Source: Candidatus Magasanikiibacteriota bacterium
Lineage (GTDB): Bacteria > Patescibacteriota > Patescibacteriia > Magasanikbacterales > UBA922
Length of the DNA stretch: 64,000 nt
Direction: 5' to 3'
NCBI GenBank assembly: GCA_003482855.1
Contig: DMXO01000003.1
Span: 16,275-80,274 of the forward strand
Below are positions 30,723 to 41,305 of the stretch, one piece after another. The notes beneath the pieces were generated by a model, which was not told the origin of the DNA, ran no database searches, and was given only the letters and a program-made list of their open reading frames with translations. A program made the translations under genes and the position numbers. Numbering within the stretch: position 1 is the first letter of the stretch; the number at the start of each line of letters is the position of its first letter.

Positions 30723-31139
30723 TTATTTGAACGCTTGAACAAACTGTCCCATACTATCAGTTTGTGGCAAAAAGAAAAAATGAAATTTCCAAGTCTTATC
30801 TTTGGATACAATCTCCAATGTCTGTTCGTCATATATATTTTTACCTGCGTTCACCGATACTATATCTGCGCGAGGAACAAATACATTGCCTTTTTCTTTC
30901 AACAATTCTTCAAGCGGTGTCGCATCTATACGAGATTCACCTTGAGCGACCTTTTTGTCCTGTGAACTACGAACTGCGTCTACTACTGCGTTATTGATAC
31001 TACCCGTCACTCTCACATGACGACCAGCTGGCCCCGTGTGAAAAATATACAATCCATTTTCATCTGCAATGAGTGAATACGTCTTTGCACTACGTATAAG
31101 CCCTGCAGGTATGACTGCCCCATTGATACGATATAACAT
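30723..31139 (-). CDS. hypothetical protein
   Basis: 138-aa ORF in an apparent operon with the HD-domain gene. Confidence 0.5.
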   Translation of the reverse strand: MLYRINGAVIPAGLIRSAKTYSLIADENGLYIFHTGPAGRHVRVTGSINNAVVDAVRSSQDKKVAQGESRIDATPLEELLKEKGNVFVPRADIVSVNAGKNIYDEQTLEIVSKDKTWKFHFFFLPQTDSMGQFVQAFK

Positions 31140-31261
31140 ATAATTAAATTATATATAACAAACCTGTCATAATACTATTAGAATATATTTTTTGAACTCC
31201 GTCAATAGAGGTACAAAAAATCACTCACCATAAGTGAATGATTTTTGAATAACAGATAGTA

Positions 31262-31912
31262 TTATGCTTTCTTTTTCTTTGTTACTTTTTTTGTCGTCAC
31301 TTTTTTCTCTTTTGTTTTCGCTGGTTTAGCAACGACTTTTTTCTCATCTAGTACTTTCTTCACTTTCTTTTCTACTTTTTCTTCCTTCTTCTCTTTTTTA
31401 TTTTTTTTCTCTTTTACTTCATTGATAGAGACATCATGATTCAAAAGACCAAGAATTTTATCCAGTTTAGTGTTGAGCATGTTCAATTGATCCTTGAACT
31501 GGTCCCCACCTTTACCACGTGAACCTGCATCATTTTTTCCGAAACATTGACTACAGTACACTGGCTTATTGCCTACTGGTCTAAAAGGAACTTCGCAGGT
31601 GTCTCCACACGTTGCACACGTTGCTTTGTGCATTTGTTTTGAACCCATGTCAGAACGTTGAAAACTATTTCTTCCAAACTTTCCTGATGTTTCTCCATTT
31701 TTCTTTCCAAAACAATTACTACACAAAACTGGTCTACCACCTGTCGGTCTAAAAGGAATTTGACATTCATCGCCACATTCACTACATACTGCATCAAACA
31801 TTTCCCGTTTTGCACCACGATCAAAGCCCCTGCCACCACCAAAATCTCTTTTCCCAAAACTCTTTTCACTGTGATAACCACCCGGCTTACCACCTCGTTT
31901 AAAATTTCCCAT
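31262..31912 (-). CDS. tandem CxxC…CxxC zinc-ribbon protein with Lys-rich (histone-H1-like) C-terminal tail
   Basis: Two repeats of C(S/A)xCGDxC(Q/E)(I/V)PFRP…RPVxCSxCF, followed by a K/E-rich tail. Likely nucleic-acid binding. Confidence 0.6.
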   Translation of the reverse strand: MGNFKRGGKPGGYHSEKSFGKRDFGGGRGFDRGAKREMFDAVCSECGDECQIPFRPTGGRPVLCSNCFGKKNGETSGKFGRNSFQRSDMGSKQMHKATCATCGDTCEVPFRPVGNKPVYCSQCFGKNDAGSRGKGGDQFKDQLNMLNTKLDKILGLLNHDVSINEVKEKKNKKEKKEEKVEKKVKKVLDEKKVVAKPAKTKEKKVTTKKVTKKKKA

Positions 31913-32040
31913 ACTATGTCTTTTACTTAAATTATGTGAGAACCGAGGTGAGTGTACTCTATTTATAGATAAAAAGCAAGGGATGAGTACAAAAAAGATC
32001 CTTGAGACAAGCCGACAGGCAAGAACCCTACAAAATAAAA

Positions 32041-32232
32041 TTAATCAAATATAAATAACTCTTCAATGGTTGTTTCGAGAGCCATAGCCACATCATGAGA
32101 CAATTGCAATGAAGGATTGTATTTACCTTGTTCCAAAAAAACAATGGTTTCACGTCTCACATTCACTTGTTGTGCAAGTTGCTCTTGAGTCAAACCAAGT
32201 CGTGCTCTTAGTTCTTTTATTCGTGTACGCAT
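32041..32232 (-). CDS. XRE-family HTH transcriptional regulator
   Basis: [31 protein letters not shown] Cro/C1-type HTH. Confidence 0.8.
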   Translation of the reverse strand: MRTRIKELRARLGLTQEQLAQQVNVRRETIVFLEQGKYNPSLQLSHDVAMALETTIEELFIFD

Positions 32233-32248
32233 AACGTATTAAATTAGG

Positions 32249-32680
32249 TTAGAGACTCTTCCTATCATACACAATATTCGATATTGCTTTCACAACTACT
32301 CCGACAAACAACGTCGCTACCAAAAACCAATCTATTTCAATTGTTTTGGAAAAACCACTTTTGATGATCTGGTACAATATGCCCACTACTATTGTGCCCA
32401 CCATTGCCCATGCGGCATTGCGTTCAGCAAATGCTTCTATTTTTGTCTCACGCTCATCATTATTGAGAGACATCATAATATGAAGTACATCAATAATAAG
32501 CAAAGTAATCCAACCAATAGTAACACCTATACGTAGTGAATCAGACCATATGGGGAATACCTGAAATATAGCAAAAGGAATTAAAAAAATACCAATATAC
32601 ACCCATCCTTGCCATGTGGCTGGAGCCAATCCCCATCCACCATATTTACGACGTCTGAACCATTGTGGTTTTCCAAACAT
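32249..32680 (-). CDS. membrane protein paired with the XRE regulator (DUF2178-like arrangement)
   Basis: Four TM segments. Confidence 0.55.
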   Translation of the reverse strand: MFGKPQWFRRRKYGGWGLAPATWQGWVYIGIFLIPFAIFQVFPIWSDSLRIGVTIGWITLLIIDVLHIMMSLNNDERETKIEAFAERNAAWAMVGTIVVGILYQIIKSGFSKTIEIDWFLVATLFVGVVVKAISNIVYDRKSL

Positions 32681-32832
32681 ATAATAGTTCTTAGTTTAGA
32701 ATTCATATCCAGTAGGATCTGGCTATGAATATAAAATAATATGTTATATATTTCTAACTATATGTTAGACATTTCTAACATAATTGTCAAGAAAACATAA
32801 GTGGATAAGTATAAACTATATAGCAAAGACCC

Positions 32833-33651
32833 CTAACTAAAAAATATATTTTTATTTATAAAAAATAGGAAGATATTCCAAATAGAATTTGACTGAATCA
32901 AATCCTGAATAGTATATGATGCGGCACGAGACTGACTCACCATGAACTCTTCTTTCCTTGGCGAAGTAAATAACGCTCGAGGTGGCCCTTCGGTCTTCCC
33001 TGTTTCATGCACATAGTCGGACATGCTGCTCATGACGATGTCATAACCATATGTAATAAAATTACCATTAGACATACCTGGCTCGTGAACAATAAATTGC
33101 TTATCACCGTCATCATACCCGACAAGCACAATCGTATGAAATGAAGATGAGGTATTCAAAAAAGGCACATTTTTATTTTGTAAACTATATCCATGATGAA
33201 ACGTGATAACAGGTCTTCCTTCCATCAACTCCAATTTTATATCCTCAAGCTGGGGATTTTCTACAACGGTTGAAAAAAAATTATGTGCTACACGCTCTAT
33301 CATATCAGATGTCCTATATGCATTAGAATTGTCATTGTCCCCGTATATCTTATTTTGATATTCAAAAAGAGGTCTCATCTTCTGTTTTGTCTCCTGCTCT
33401 CCGAGCACACCTGTCTTCCCATTATAATATTCATCTATCATAACAATACTACTCTCTTCACATGCTTGACTATATGGTTTGACCCACACCCCATCAGGAA
33501 TTTGTGTCGCGAAAGGTACACCAAGCCTCACCTGTCTTTTGTATACTGTCTTGGCATTTACCTCGAAAGACAATATAAAAAAATATAGTAATAAAACCAA
33601 GTATGCAGACAAAAAAAATTTTGGAGGATTAATTATTTTCATATATATCAT
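32833..33651 (-). CDS. secreted C39-like (papain-fold) cysteine peptidase family protein
   Basis: Signal peptide. YSQACEESSIVM Cys region and HTIVLVGYDDG...VHEPG His region. Confidence 0.5.
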   Translation of the reverse strand: MIYMKIINPPKFFLSAYLVLLLYFFILSFEVNAKTVYKRQVRLGVPFATQIPDGVWVKPYSQACEESSIVMIDEYYNGKTGVLGEQETKQKMRPLFEYQNKIYGDNDNSNAYRTSDMIERVAHNFFSTVVENPQLEDIKLELMEGRPVITFHHGYSLQNKNVPFLNTSSSFHTIVLVGYDDGDKQFIVHEPGMSNGNFITYGYDIVMSSMSDYVHETGKTEGPPRALFTSPRKEEFMVSQSRAASYTIQDLIQSNSIWNIFLFFINKNIFFS

Positions 33652-33881
33652 ATAATATTGGTATGATAAATATGTATCTTCATATTGTCAATATATTTTC
33701 CCTAAAAAATAACCATTTAAGCCAGCCGACACTGCAAACGCAAGCTATACTGCCTTAGATATACACCAAATATATTCATCACATGGGTATAACCTGTGAC
33801 TAACATATATTGACAATCTTGTCCTATATAATCCATACTAAATATATATGAAATATCAAAAGTAACACATAAACAAACTAT

Positions 33882-36800
33882 ATGAGAAAAACAAAAAGAA
33901 TGTATTCAGGATTTATATTTTTACTTATTGTCAGCTTCTCATTGCTACCGGTATACCCCGCTTTTGCGGTAGCTTTTTTAACACTGGACAATTTTAGCGG
34001 ATATGCAACTACAATCATGGCAAGCGGTGGCGGATGGACGGGTGGAGAAACAATATCTTTTTATCTCAACACTGCGTCTGGCTCCCCTGTTGCCACCACA
34101 GTAGTTGGGGACAATAGTTTTTTTGGACCGACGGCTGTACCTATTCCCGCAAATACTCCTCAAGGCCCTTTGCCGATTATCGCGGTTGGATCCATAAGCA
34201 GTGAACAACAGACAAACAGCTATTATGTTGTTCCTTTCAACCCAAATACAACTATTGTGGGAAACAATACGCCCGGAAGTATATTATCAATTGACGGACA
34301 AGGCTTTGCTCCAAATGAGATAGTCCAATTTACCATGGAAGGCATCACAATGGGTCAAGTGACTGCTGATACGGATGGAAATTTCTTAGACGGCCAAGCT
34401 ATAATTCCGAGTATAACTACAGCAACACATATTCTTCATGCTACAGGCCAGTCTTCAGGCGCTGATGCTGCCACCTATTTTTATGTGGGTGGATTTTATC
34501 CAAGCGTAGCTCCATCAACCTATTATATTCTGCCAACCCAGGTGCTGAGTTTTTCAGGAGGCGGGTTTGCGCCAGGTGAAACAATTGACGTTTTTGACGG
34601 ACAAAATCAAACGCCGCTCTCGTCTATCACTGCTGATGACGCGGGGACATTTGCTGACGCAGGAAGTATTACCATTCCCTTGAGCTTTATCGGTACAAAA
34701 ACATTTCGGGCTGTGGGACGCATAAGTCATGGCGCAGCTCAAACAGATATTACGGTTGGATCATTTATCCCATTTGCAACGCCTTCTACATTCTATATAT
34801 TACCCGGTGATGTATTGACATTTAGCGGTGGAGGATTTGCAGCCAGTGAACCAGTAAAAATTTTTGAAGGCGCGAGCCAAACCGAAATTTCAAATTTTAC
34901 AGCTGACGCGGAAGGTAATTTTGCAAATACTGGAGCGACATCTATTCCTTTTGACTGGGTCGGCACAAGTCATACCTTTAGATTAGTCGGACAAATTGGT
35001 GGTGGTGTAACTGAAGTCATGCTTACGATAGGACAATTCAATTCACTCGTATCCCCTTCGTTGTATCATCTCAATGCGGGAGAAAACATTAGTTTCACAG
35101 GTACTGGATTTTCTCATGGCGAAATAATCTCTGTTACCGAAGGACAAAGCCAAACTGTACTTACAACTATTACTGCAGATGCAGATGGTAATTTTATTGA
35201 TGGTGGAACATTTACTATCCCCTATGACTGGGCAGACAGCAGCCGTACATTCACGCTGACCGGAGAAAACAGTCACACACAAGCAACAGTCATTATTACC
35301 GTTGCAAAATTTATACCCCTTGTACTCCCATCAAGTTATTATCTTCCGCCTGGTTCTAATATTTCTTTTTCTGGATCAGGATTCGGTATGAATGAAAACA
35401 TTTTGGTCACAAATGGGCAAAACAATACGCCACTTACCATGTTTCAATCTGATACAGCCGGTGCGTTTCTTGACGCAGGGATCTTTAACATTCCCTTCAA
35501 CTGGGCTGGTGTGCAATCACTTCATCTGATGGGAGAAAACAGCCACGCAATTGCTGATATTGATATTACCATAGCAGGATTTAATCCTCTCATTTCACCA
35601 TCGAGCTATTACATTGCTCCAAAACAAACATTCACTCTGTCTGGTACAGGTTTTGCGCCAGACGAAATAGTAGACATTGTCATGAATAATGGAACACCGT
35701 TACCCATAACAACAGACACAACAGGGGCATTTGATGAGGCAGGCCCTTTGATAGCACCACTTTCGGGAAACGAAATACATATTGTGGCAATTGGGCAAGA
35801 TAGTGGTGTAAACGCAAATGTGGATATTGGACTTGCAGCTCTATATCCTCTAGTCATGCCTGATATGTGGTATGTGCCATCAGGAAGTACTGTTACATTT
35901 TCAGGCACAGGTTTTGCTCCAAACGAAGATGTGATTCTCACAAACAATAATACAACGCTTGTTACTGTCCCAACTGACGCGAGCGGTAATTTTGTAGGAC
36001 TTTCTGTTCCTACAGATTTCGGAATAGACAGACAGGCTACTTACACATTTACTGGAGCCGAAAGCAACATGATCTCTACGGTTACTATTACCATTGCGGC
36101 ATTGCAACCATTTGTGTTTCTCGATTCCTACTATGCCCCACCGGGCAGCATTATTTACGCGACCGGTATAGGATTTGCTCCAAACGAAGAAGTAACTATA
36201 CGTATTGGATCTTTGGCAGTGGTAAGTGTTGCAGACGGCACGGGCATGGTTAGCTCCACTCCCATTACCATTCCATTTGGTTTAGCCGGGCCAACAGCAG
36301 ACATAACCATGATAGGCAATGCGAGTAATGCAGTGGCTACAACCATGATTACCTTGGCTCCGTTCTTGCCACAAGTCACGCCCAGCACGTGGTATACCAC
36401 GCCAGGGACAACAGTTGTATTTAATGGCACAGGATTTTCGACTCAAGAAATCGTACATATCTTACTCAATGGAACAGACGTGGGCTCAGTGACTGCAGAT
36501 GCAACAGGAAACTTTGTTTCTCCAGGTATTACTATCCCCGTCAATGCGACGCAAGCTCATTTTGTACTCACCGGTGAACAAAGCAATTCTCCAGCTATGA
36601 TTGATATAGGACTGGCAGGATTTGCACCACTCGTAACTCCGAGTACATGGTATGCACCTGTTGGTTCAAATATTATATTTATGGGAACTGGATTTGCCGC
36701 CGGTGAAACAATAGGCATTGTGTTGAATGATACACCATTAAATTCAATAATTGCTGATGCTCAAGGCGGATTTACTACGCCCCCAATTATCATTCCTACT

Positions 36801-37415
36801 GCTACGACAGTTGCTAACTTTGTATTTACCGGTAGCATGAGTAACGCACAGTCTTCAATTCCTATCACACTGGCAGAACTTAACCCAGGAATTCAACTTT
36901 CTACGTATTATGATGTTGGAGGTGGACCAATCACTATAACGGGTATGGGATTTTCAAGTAGTGAAAATATAGACGTTACATTTGGCGGACAAAATCTTGG
37001 CATTGCCGTGACAGATGTAAATGGAAATTTCTCATTTGAAACAACCGTGCCATATCTCCCAGCTGGCAATCACACGGTGCAGGCAATAGGACAAAACAGC
37101 GGCGCCAACGCAATGGCTACATTTACTAAACCGCAAGTATATGTAAGCGTTGAACTCGCACAGTATGCGAGCGCACCAGGTTCAGTGATTAACTTTCTAG
37201 GAAGTGGATTTATACCTGGAGAACCAATTGACGTCTTCACCGATAGAAGTGGTGCCATAGCAGTACATACCTTTAATGCAGATGGGGCAGGCGCATTCAA
37301 TGATTCAAGTTATACAATTCCCCTTGATTATATTGAAGGAACACTAACACTTACCGTAAAAGGAAGGTATAGCCTTGCCCCAGTAAACATCATATATTAC
37401 GTGACAGGGTCATAA
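33882..37415 (+). CDS. large secreted repeat protein (~11 tandem ~95-aa Ig-like repeats with F(S/T)G(S/G)GFAP(N/G)E motif)
   Basis: Signal peptide plus highly regular internal repeats. Confidence 0.7.
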   Translation: MRKTKRMYSGFIFLLIVSFSLLPVYPAFAVAFLTLDNFSGYATTIMASGGGWTGGETISFYLNTASGSPVATTVVGDNSFFGPTAVPIPANTPQGPLPIIAVGSISSEQQTNSYYVVPFNPNTTIVGNNTPGSILSIDGQGFAPNEIVQFTMEGITMGQVTADTDGNFLDGQAIIPSITTATHILHATGQSSGADAATYFYVGGFYPSVAPSTYYILPTQVLSFSGGGFAPGETIDVFDGQNQTPLSSITADDAGTFADAGSITIPLSFIGTKTFRAVGRISHGAAQTDITVGSFIPFATPSTFYILPGDVLTFSGGGFAASEPVKIFEGASQTEISNFTADAEGNFANTGATSIPFDWVGTSHTFRLVGQIGGGVTEVMLTIGQFNSLVSPSLYHLNAGENISFTGTGFSHGEIISVTEGQSQTVLTTITADADGNFIDGGTFTIPYDWADSSRTFTLTGENSHTQATVIITVAKFIPLVLPSSYYLPPGSNISFSGSGFGMNENILVTNGQNNTPLTMFQSDTAGAFLDAGIFNIPFNWAGVQSLHLMGENSHAIADIDITIAGFNPLISPSSYYIAPKQTFTLSGTGFAPDEIVDIVMNNGTPLPITTDTTGAFDEAGPLIAPLSGNEIHIVAIGQDSGVNANVDIGLAALYPLVMPDMWYVPSGSTVTFSGTGFAPNEDVILTNNNTTLVTVPTDASGNFVGLSVPTDFGIDRQATYTFTGAESNMISTVTITIAALQPFVFLDSYYAPPGSIIYATGIGFAPNEEVTIRIGSLAVVSVADGTGMVSSTPITIPFGLAGPTADITMIGNASNAVATTMITLAPFLPQVTPSTWYTTPGTTVVFNGTGFSTQEIVHILLNGTDVGSVTADATGNFVSPGITIPVNATQAHFVLTGEQSNSPAMIDIGLAGFAPLVTPSTWYAPVGSNIIFMGTGFAAGETIGIVLNDTPLNSIIADAQGGFTTPPIIIPTATTVANFVFTGSMSNAQSSIPITLAELNPGIQLSTYYDVGGGPITITGMGFSSSENIDVTFGGQNLGIAVTDVNGNFSFETTVPYLPAGNHTVQAIGQNSGANAMATFTKPQVYVSVELAQYASAPGSVINFLGSGFIPGEPIDVFTDRSGAIAVHTFNADGAGAFNDSSYTIPLDYIEGTLTLTVKGRYSLAPVNIIYYVTGS

Positions 37416-37422
37416 CTAAAAA

Positions 37423-37449
37423 TGAAAACCGCCCTTTTGGACGGTTTTT
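37423..37449. terminator. bidirectional rho-independent terminator (aaaaccgcccttttggacggttttt)
   Basis: Sits between convergent gene ends. Confidence 0.55.
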
Positions 37450-37450
37450 G

Positions 37451-37711
37451 TTATGCCTTTTTCCATCTTTTCAATGTTGGCAATACTCTATCTGCCATCT
37501 CTGTTGCTTCCTCTTTTGTTATCTCCATCATATCTGCCATACCAATCATCTTGTCACGGAATTGTTCAAATGTTATATCTGGAAAAGTAAATGAACCTGC
37601 CTTGAAACAATACTGGCAATATTCTTCATTTTTACTACCATCTATATTGGTACCAAAATCTTCTGCCACTGCCATGGGCATAGCACAACTTTGACAAATT
37701 TGTTCAGACAT
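37451..37711 (-). CDS. putative zinc-ribbon domain protein (zinc_ribbon_2-like)
   Basis: CQSCAMPM...YCQYCF pattern. Confidence 0.6.
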   Translation of the reverse strand: MSEQICQSCAMPMAVAEDFGTNIDGSKNEEYCQYCFKAGSFTFPDITFEQFRDKMIGMADMMEITKEEATEMADRVLPTLKRWKKA

Positions 37712-37747
37712 AAAAAATAACAGTTATGAAATAATTTTTAAAAAAAA

Positions 37748-38200
37748 TTATTTTTTCAACAAATCATCCGGCAGAACCCACTTGCCGACAGGCATTGCAT
37801 TACATGCCCGAGCCAGATAACTTGCCTCTTCTATAGAAATAGGTTCGCCACCATAATCATATGACCATGCAATACTTTCCGCCACCGTGCCAGGAGTTGC
37901 TTGGCATCCTCCCAAATCTGAATAGGGACACGCATCCAAAGAAAATGTCCCTTCGGCACAGGAAAGCTTCATGCGTTCTTCGGTAAATACAGAACCAATA
38001 AAATCTATACACGTACTTTTGGTATTGATAACATTGCAGCTTCCACGAACTTTGCGCGCGTCGGTTTCTTCAATAAGAGGTTTTACGTCTTCTTCATAAT
38101 CCACACTGGTTGCCTCAGGCATATCACCACTACTACATCCAAAACCAAACAATACACACAAAGAGACACACAGGGGTAAAACAATAATGCGGTATGACAT
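37748..38200 (-). CDS. lipoprotein, hypothetical
   Basis: Signal peptide with a lipobox-like LFGFGCSS. Start set at the internal Met, which also avoids overlap with the next gene. Confidence 0.5.
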   Translation of the reverse strand: MSYRIIVLPLCVSLCVLFGFGCSSGDMPEATSVDYEEDVKPLIEETDARKVRGSCNVINTKSTCIDFIGSVFTEERMKLSCAEGTFSLDACPYSDLGGCQATPGTVAESIAWSYDYGGEPISIEEASYLARACNAMPVGKWVLPDDLLKK

Positions 38201-38210
38201 AGGTAAAAAA

Positions 38211-39158
38211 TTATCTTGTAGACACAGGTTTTGTAACATCTTCAGGATACAATTCAGGATCTATGGTACGGCTAAAGCATACGCGTCCTGCATCATGACT
38301 CCAATTTTGGTTGTATGAATCATAGGGAGATCCAAAATATAATCCTGCGGGTGTTATATCTTTATTGACACGTTCAAATACAACACAAAGTTCAAATGAA
38401 AGCTCATTTGCTATCAGATACTCATATTGTTCATTTGTTTTTGGATCAAGTGGTGCAATAAATCCAGTAATACTATTATTGAGTTCACTCAACTGTACTG
38501 GCAACTCTCTCTTTTGAACCCAATAGTTTACAATCTCTGACTGGATCATTTGAAGATCTTGGACACGTTCATCATCAAATCTACGCGCGCGCTGGTCGGT
38601 CGGTGTACCAATAATAAAAAACCCTGCGATAATACTACCAAGCACAATCGCTGATACGACCCCTGCTAAGATCATGGGTATTTTTGTCTTTTCAAGTGAA
38701 CGCTTCAAATCCCAAAGATAATACCCAAATACAGCTGCAGCCACAAGAAGTACTACCAACACTTTCAATACAAAACGTACGGTAAGTTCGCCACTCAAAA
38801 AATTATATACAAACGTCATGAGATCAATAATAATGGTAATGGCTGAAATAAAAAGTGTAAAATACACGAGCCATTTACGGAGTTTCAGGTTTCTTTTTTC
38901 TGGTGTTTTGTACAAATCTTTCTCAAGCATCCACGACGTCACGAGATACGCAATCACGGCAATCAACAAAACAGATGTCGACCAACGTACGCCATTGGCA
39001 ATATTGGTAAAATAATAATTTAGTTTATCAGGAAATAAAGCATTGATATATTGGATAAAAAGTGTAATAAAACCAATGATACTCAAATAAAATGTCACGA
39101 TATTAAATAAATGTAAAAAGACATCTTTTGGAGTACTGCGAAGTGGTGTTTGTTCCAT
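38211..39158 (-). CDS. membrane protein (possibly DUF5671-like)
   Basis: Four TM segments plus a conserved C-terminal RRFDDERVQDLQMIQSEIVNYW region. Confidence 0.55.
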   Translation of the reverse strand: MEQTPLRSTPKDVFLHLFNIVTFYLSIIGFITLFIQYINALFPDKLNYYFTNIANGVRWSTSVLLIAVIAYLVTSWMLEKDLYKTPEKRNLKLRKWLVYFTLFISAITIIIDLMTFVYNFLSGELTVRFVLKVLVVLLVAAAVFGYYLWDLKRSLEKTKIPMILAGVVSAIVLGSIIAGFFIIGTPTDQRARRFDDERVQDLQMIQSEIVNYWVQKRELPVQLSELNNSITGFIAPLDPKTNEQYEYLIANELSFELCVVFERVNKDITPAGLYFGSPYDSYNQNWSHDAGRVCFSRTIDPELYPEDVTKPVSTR

Positions 39159-39222
39159 AAAAAATGATTATTGTAATAATAAGTTTAGTATAACATGAGA
39201 TGATTCAATTTGTATATGCACA

Positions 39223-39258
39223 AAAAACACCCCTATTTCTAGGAGTGTTTTGTTTGTG
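39223..39258 (-). terminator. rho-independent terminator downstream of the cold-shock gene
   Basis: Hairpin aacac(c)cc-tatttcta-gg(a)gtgtt with flanking A/T tracts. Confidence 0.45.
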
Positions 39259-39265
39259 AAAAAAG

Positions 39266-39469
39266 TTACGCGATTTTGCGGACTTTCACTGCGTTCAAGC
39301 CTTTTGGACTTTCTTCGACTTCGAACTCTACTTTGTCGCCTTCACGAAGATCATCATATTGAACGTCTACGAGCTCATTTCTATGAAAGAAAAGATCTTT
39401 TCCTTCACCTTCACGAGCGATGAAACCAAACCCCTTATCGGTAAGTCTGGCAATAACACCTTGTTGCAT
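39266..39469 (-). CDS. cspA: cold-shock protein
   Basis: GFGFI RNP1 motif and FFH...V RNP2 motif. 67 aa. Confidence 0.9.
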   Translation of the reverse strand: MQQGVIARLTDKGFGFIAREGEGKDLFFHRNELVDVQYDDLREGDKVEFEVEESPKGLNAVKVRKIA

Positions 39470-39624
39470 AGTTGTAAAACAAATAAATTACTTCCCAGCC
39501 TAAGCAGGGAATCAAACATCATGTAGTAATTTCAAACTCGACTTTGTTTGTTTTACAACACTCTTTTTGATATATATATACTATCACAAAACACGCGATA
39601 TGTCAACCTCTCAGCCAATGGACA

Positions 39625-39885
39625 CTATTTATCGTCTCCCATTGCCTTGCGCTCAACGATAATTGTACAGTTCGATACGAGTGCGGCAAGAGCTCCAATA
39701 GCAGCAACTATAGGCGCAGCAAGTACACCTACTGCACCAATAGTAAGGGGAAATTCGATAAGTGTTTCTCCATCTTCCTTCTTTATAATGATTTTACGCG
39801 CATTCCCCTCTTTTACGATTTCCTTTATCTTGGAGACAAGTTTATCTCCAGATATAGTGTACTCTTCGTGTGTTTGCTGTGGCAT
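39625..39885 (-). CDS. DUF4342-domain protein
   Basis: ...KIKEIVKEGNARKIIIKKEDGETLIEFPLTIGAVGVLAAPIVAAIGA... Confidence 0.55.
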   Translation of the reverse strand: MPQQTHEEYTISGDKLVSKIKEIVKEGNARKIIIKKEDGETLIEFPLTIGAVGVLAAPIVAAIGALAALVSNCTIIVERKAMGDDK

Positions 39886-39929
39886 AATGTTATATATTAT
39901 TAAGTAATTTCACTCCTATTAAAAATTTT

Positions 39930-41249
39930 TTAAAGTGAAAATTTTTCAAAAAAAATATGATTATTAGAAGCCCCACATTTCTTCAAAGAGGCTCGTACGC
40001 CCTTCATCATGGCAATTGGTCCACACATATATACATCGGCCTTGTCTATATTTTTTATATACATATTCAAAAATTGTTCGTCCACCCTGCCTTTCAGACC
40101 TTCCCACGACGTATCATCACTAACTAGATAATAAATTTTCAAAAACCGTTCTTGTGTAATTTTTTCTATTTCATCTTTAAATACAAAATCTTTTTTAGAC
40201 TTCACTGAATATACAAGAATAACCTGCTTGTGTTTATCAAATGATTCAATAAGGGCACGAACAGGAGTAATACCAATACCACCAGCAATACATACAACTG
40301 TATCTCTCGTGCTCCTCGCTGTCACAAAATTGCCATGCGGACCGTCAATAATAATAGATGTGCCAGATGATACAGTGCCAAGTTCATGAGTAAAATCACC
40401 AAGATCCTTGAACGTAACACGCAACACACCATCTACCACAGCTGAAGAAAATGAAAAAGGATGTGCTTTCCACCAACGCTTCTTGTCGAGGAAACGAAAA
40501 ATAGCGAATTGTCCTGATTGAACTTTGAATGAATCCAAATTTTTGCCCCTTATATACAAAGAATATACATTGTCATTTTCTGATTCCACATGATCAACAA
40601 CAAAGTGATGTTTATTCCACATATACACTGGTTTTATAAACCTATAGGCAAGCAAATTTCCAAATACTCCTACGTACAATATATACCAATATGCTTGAAA
40701 AATATTATTACCTACAAAATCGCCACCAAGCTCAATCTCATGCCCAAATGCCAAGGCTATGGCTATATATACGGTGAGATGAACGGTATACCACATCTCA
40801 TATGACATCATCCGTCTTATTTTGGAAATAGAAATTACTGCAACACATACCAAAATAAACAAACCGAAAAATGCGCCAACCAACTCATCTCCATAAAACA
40901 AAAAATTATACTGTTGTTGCCAAAAGGAAATATCATTGGTAGATGCGTATGACAAACCCAAAAATATAGGATGTAGTATCAATGATATAAGCAACCACAG
41001 ACCATTGAGGTGGTGAAGATATGTCAGTCGATCGAAACTCAATAGTTTCTCCATCCATGGAATACGTGCAATACACATGACCTGAAACAATACAAAAAAG
41101 GCTGCAAAAAGACCCATAAGCCGCCCGAGTCCAAGCAATAATTGTACATTGTCTCCAGATAACAGGTCTCCAGATGAACTATACCAAAACCAGATAATCA
41201 ATACTATATTGGCACAGGTAAACAGTAATAAAATATATTTTTTATACAT
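39930..41249 (-). CDS. ferric-reductase-like transmembrane protein with FAD/NAD(P)-binding domain (NOX/FRE family)
   Basis: Six TM segments with His pairs, then HPFS(FSS) FAD motif and GGIGITP NAD(P) motif. Confidence 0.75.
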   Translation of the reverse strand: MYKKYILLLFTCANIVLIIWFWYSSSGDLLSGDNVQLLLGLGRLMGLFAAFFVLFQVMCIARIPWMEKLLSFDRLTYLHHLNGLWLLISLILHPIFLGLSYASTNDISFWQQQYNFLFYGDELVGAFFGLFILVCVAVISISKIRRMMSYEMWYTVHLTVYIAIALAFGHEIELGGDFVGNNIFQAYWYILYVGVFGNLLAYRFIKPVYMWNKHHFVVDHVESENDNVYSLYIRGKNLDSFKVQSGQFAIFRFLDKKRWWKAHPFSFSSAVVDGVLRVTFKDLGDFTHELGTVSSGTSIIIDGPHGNFVTARSTRDTVVCIAGGIGITPVRALIESFDKHKQVILVYSVKSKKDFVFKDEIEKITQERFLKIYYLVSDDTSWEGLKGRVDEQFLNMYIKNIDKADVYMCGPIAMMKGVRASLKKCGASNNHIFFEKFSL

Positions 41250-41305
41250 ACAAACAAAATATCATGCACAACTATCATACACTCATATCAGATGCTTTTC
41301 AATAT

